This document shows, piece by piece, positions 63,208-64,000 of a DNA stretch of 64,000 bases. This stretch comes from Dehalococcoidia bacterium. GTDB taxonomy: Bacteria; Chloroflexota; Dehalococcoidia; Lucifugimonadales; UBA3495. The stretch spans positions 623,252 through 687,251 of the forward strand of contig OZ244879.1 of the NCBI GenBank assembly GCA_965221295.1, given 5' to 3'. The first letter of the stretch is position 1, and each line of letters starts with the position of its first letter. The notes under the pieces are model-generated. The model ran no database searches. It was not told where the DNA came from and saw only the letters and a list, made by a program, of their open reading frames with translations. The translations under genes and the position numbers were made by a program.

Positions 63208-63633
63208 ATGCCTCAGATCAAGCACATCGCCATCGCCACCAACGACGCGGAAAAGACCGCCAAGTTCTACGCGGAAGTTTTCGGCCTGCGGGAAGTCGCC
63301 AAGCTGGAAAGCGACAACGCCAACGGGTACATGCTGAGCGACGGCAACGTAAACATGGCCATCCTGGACTTCCAGAACGACGCTGTCGCGGGCGAGCGCG
63401 GCAAGGACTGGGAAGGCATCCACCACATTGGGTTTGAAGTGGAGAGCCTGGAGGAAACCGAGGCGCGCCTTTCTGCCGCTAACTCCAAGCCCATGGATGA
63501 GGTCAACCACGCCCTCCATGCCGGCATGACCGGCCCCCGGACGCAGAACGTCGAAACGAAGTACGAAGGCCCCAACGGGGAAATGATCGACGTATCCGAA
63601 ACGGGTTGGGTCGGCACCCGGGGACTGGACTAG
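63208..63633 (+). CDS. VOC (glyoxalase/bleomycin-resistance/dioxygenase) family protein
   Basis: Contains IKHIAIATNDAEKTAKFYAEVFGL and HHIGFEV. AAGGAGGAGGG precedes the ATG. Confidence 0.8.
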   Translation: MPQIKHIAIATNDAEKTAKFYAEVFGLREVAKLESDNANGYMLSDGNVNMAILDFQNDAVAGERGKDWEGIHHIGFEVESLEETEARLSAANSKPMDEVNHALHAGMTGPRTQNVETKYEGPNGEMIDVSETGWVGTRGLD

Positions 63634-63714
63634 TCCCGCCCCATTGACGCCCGGCAACCCCAATCAACCACCACCAAGCAAGGCGGCGCCCGGCGCGCCG
63701 CCTGGAGAGCGGCA

Positions 63715-64000
63715 GTGAATACTCAACCCAGGCAGTTGACTTGCTACATCAAGAAAACCCGGTCCAACCCCGACATGTGGGAAGCGTTCTGCGTGGAACT
63801 CGACATCCCGGCCGTTGGCGATACCTACGAAGAAGTTGCCGCGATGATGTACCAGGCCGTGGACAACTACATCGACTACGTGTATCGAAACCAACCCGAC
63901 GATGAACAGCGGCTGCTCTACCGCCCGATGCCCAAGGCGGATGTCTGGAAGCTGCAGTTTGAGGAGCGCTTCCTGCAACGCCTTCCCTTCTCCAAGCGCC
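63715..64000 (+). CDS. Partial ORF, possibly a HicB-like/UPF0150 antitoxin-fold protein (3' end outside window)
   Basis: The GTG at 63715 follows GGAGAG. WEAFCVELDIPAVGDTYEEVAAMMYQAVDNYI resembles the HicB N-terminal fold pattern. The ORF is not in the supplied track because it runs off the window. Confidence 0.35.
   Translation, partial: MNTQPRQLTCYIKKTRSNPDMWEAFCVELDIPAVGDTYEEVAAMMYQAVDNYIDYVYRNQPDDEQRLLYRPMPKADVWKLQFEERFLQRLPFSKR

Overview
High-GC bacterial chromosomal segment. The 16S rRNA gene at 34710-36222 looks Chloroflexota-like by eye, but this needs a database search. Most of the window is housekeeping. It holds a compact division cluster (rsmH-ftsA-ftsZ), then nrdR followed by two unknown ORFs and an intein-containing class II ribonucleotide reductase. 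It also holds aroK-fic-aroB, tgt, htpX, fmt and rpsP-KH-rimM. Further on are moaE/moaD, a Leu T-box leader with ilvB-ilvN-ilvC-leuA, and a stand-alone 16S rRNA gene with its own promoter and terminator. The remainder includes thiL-tsaE-tsaB-ndk, rsfS, gltB-gltD, a GMC oxidoreductase, fumC, three MFS transporters, ridA, a TPP-riboswitch-controlled thiG-thiE-thiS operon, rplY and surE. No transposase, integrase, CRISPR array or tRNA was recognised. Six things stand out. (1) A 1.4 kb array of a 159-bp unit with nested inverted repeats lies downstream of rimM. (2) A UGSC-type selenoprotein gene is split by an in-frame TGA. (3) A LAGLIDADG-type intein sits at the catalytic NPC/GEQ site of NrdJ. (4) A CGPC redoxin-like ORF lies between nrdR and nrdJ. 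(5) In-frame 15-nt tandem repeats occur in ftsA, thiL and the intein, and similar short repeats occur at several gene boundaries. (6) A recent 328-bp tandem duplication covers the 3' part of a small membrane-protein gene. Many long ORFs in the supplied track are antisense or off-frame shadow ORFs typical of high-GC DNA and were not called.
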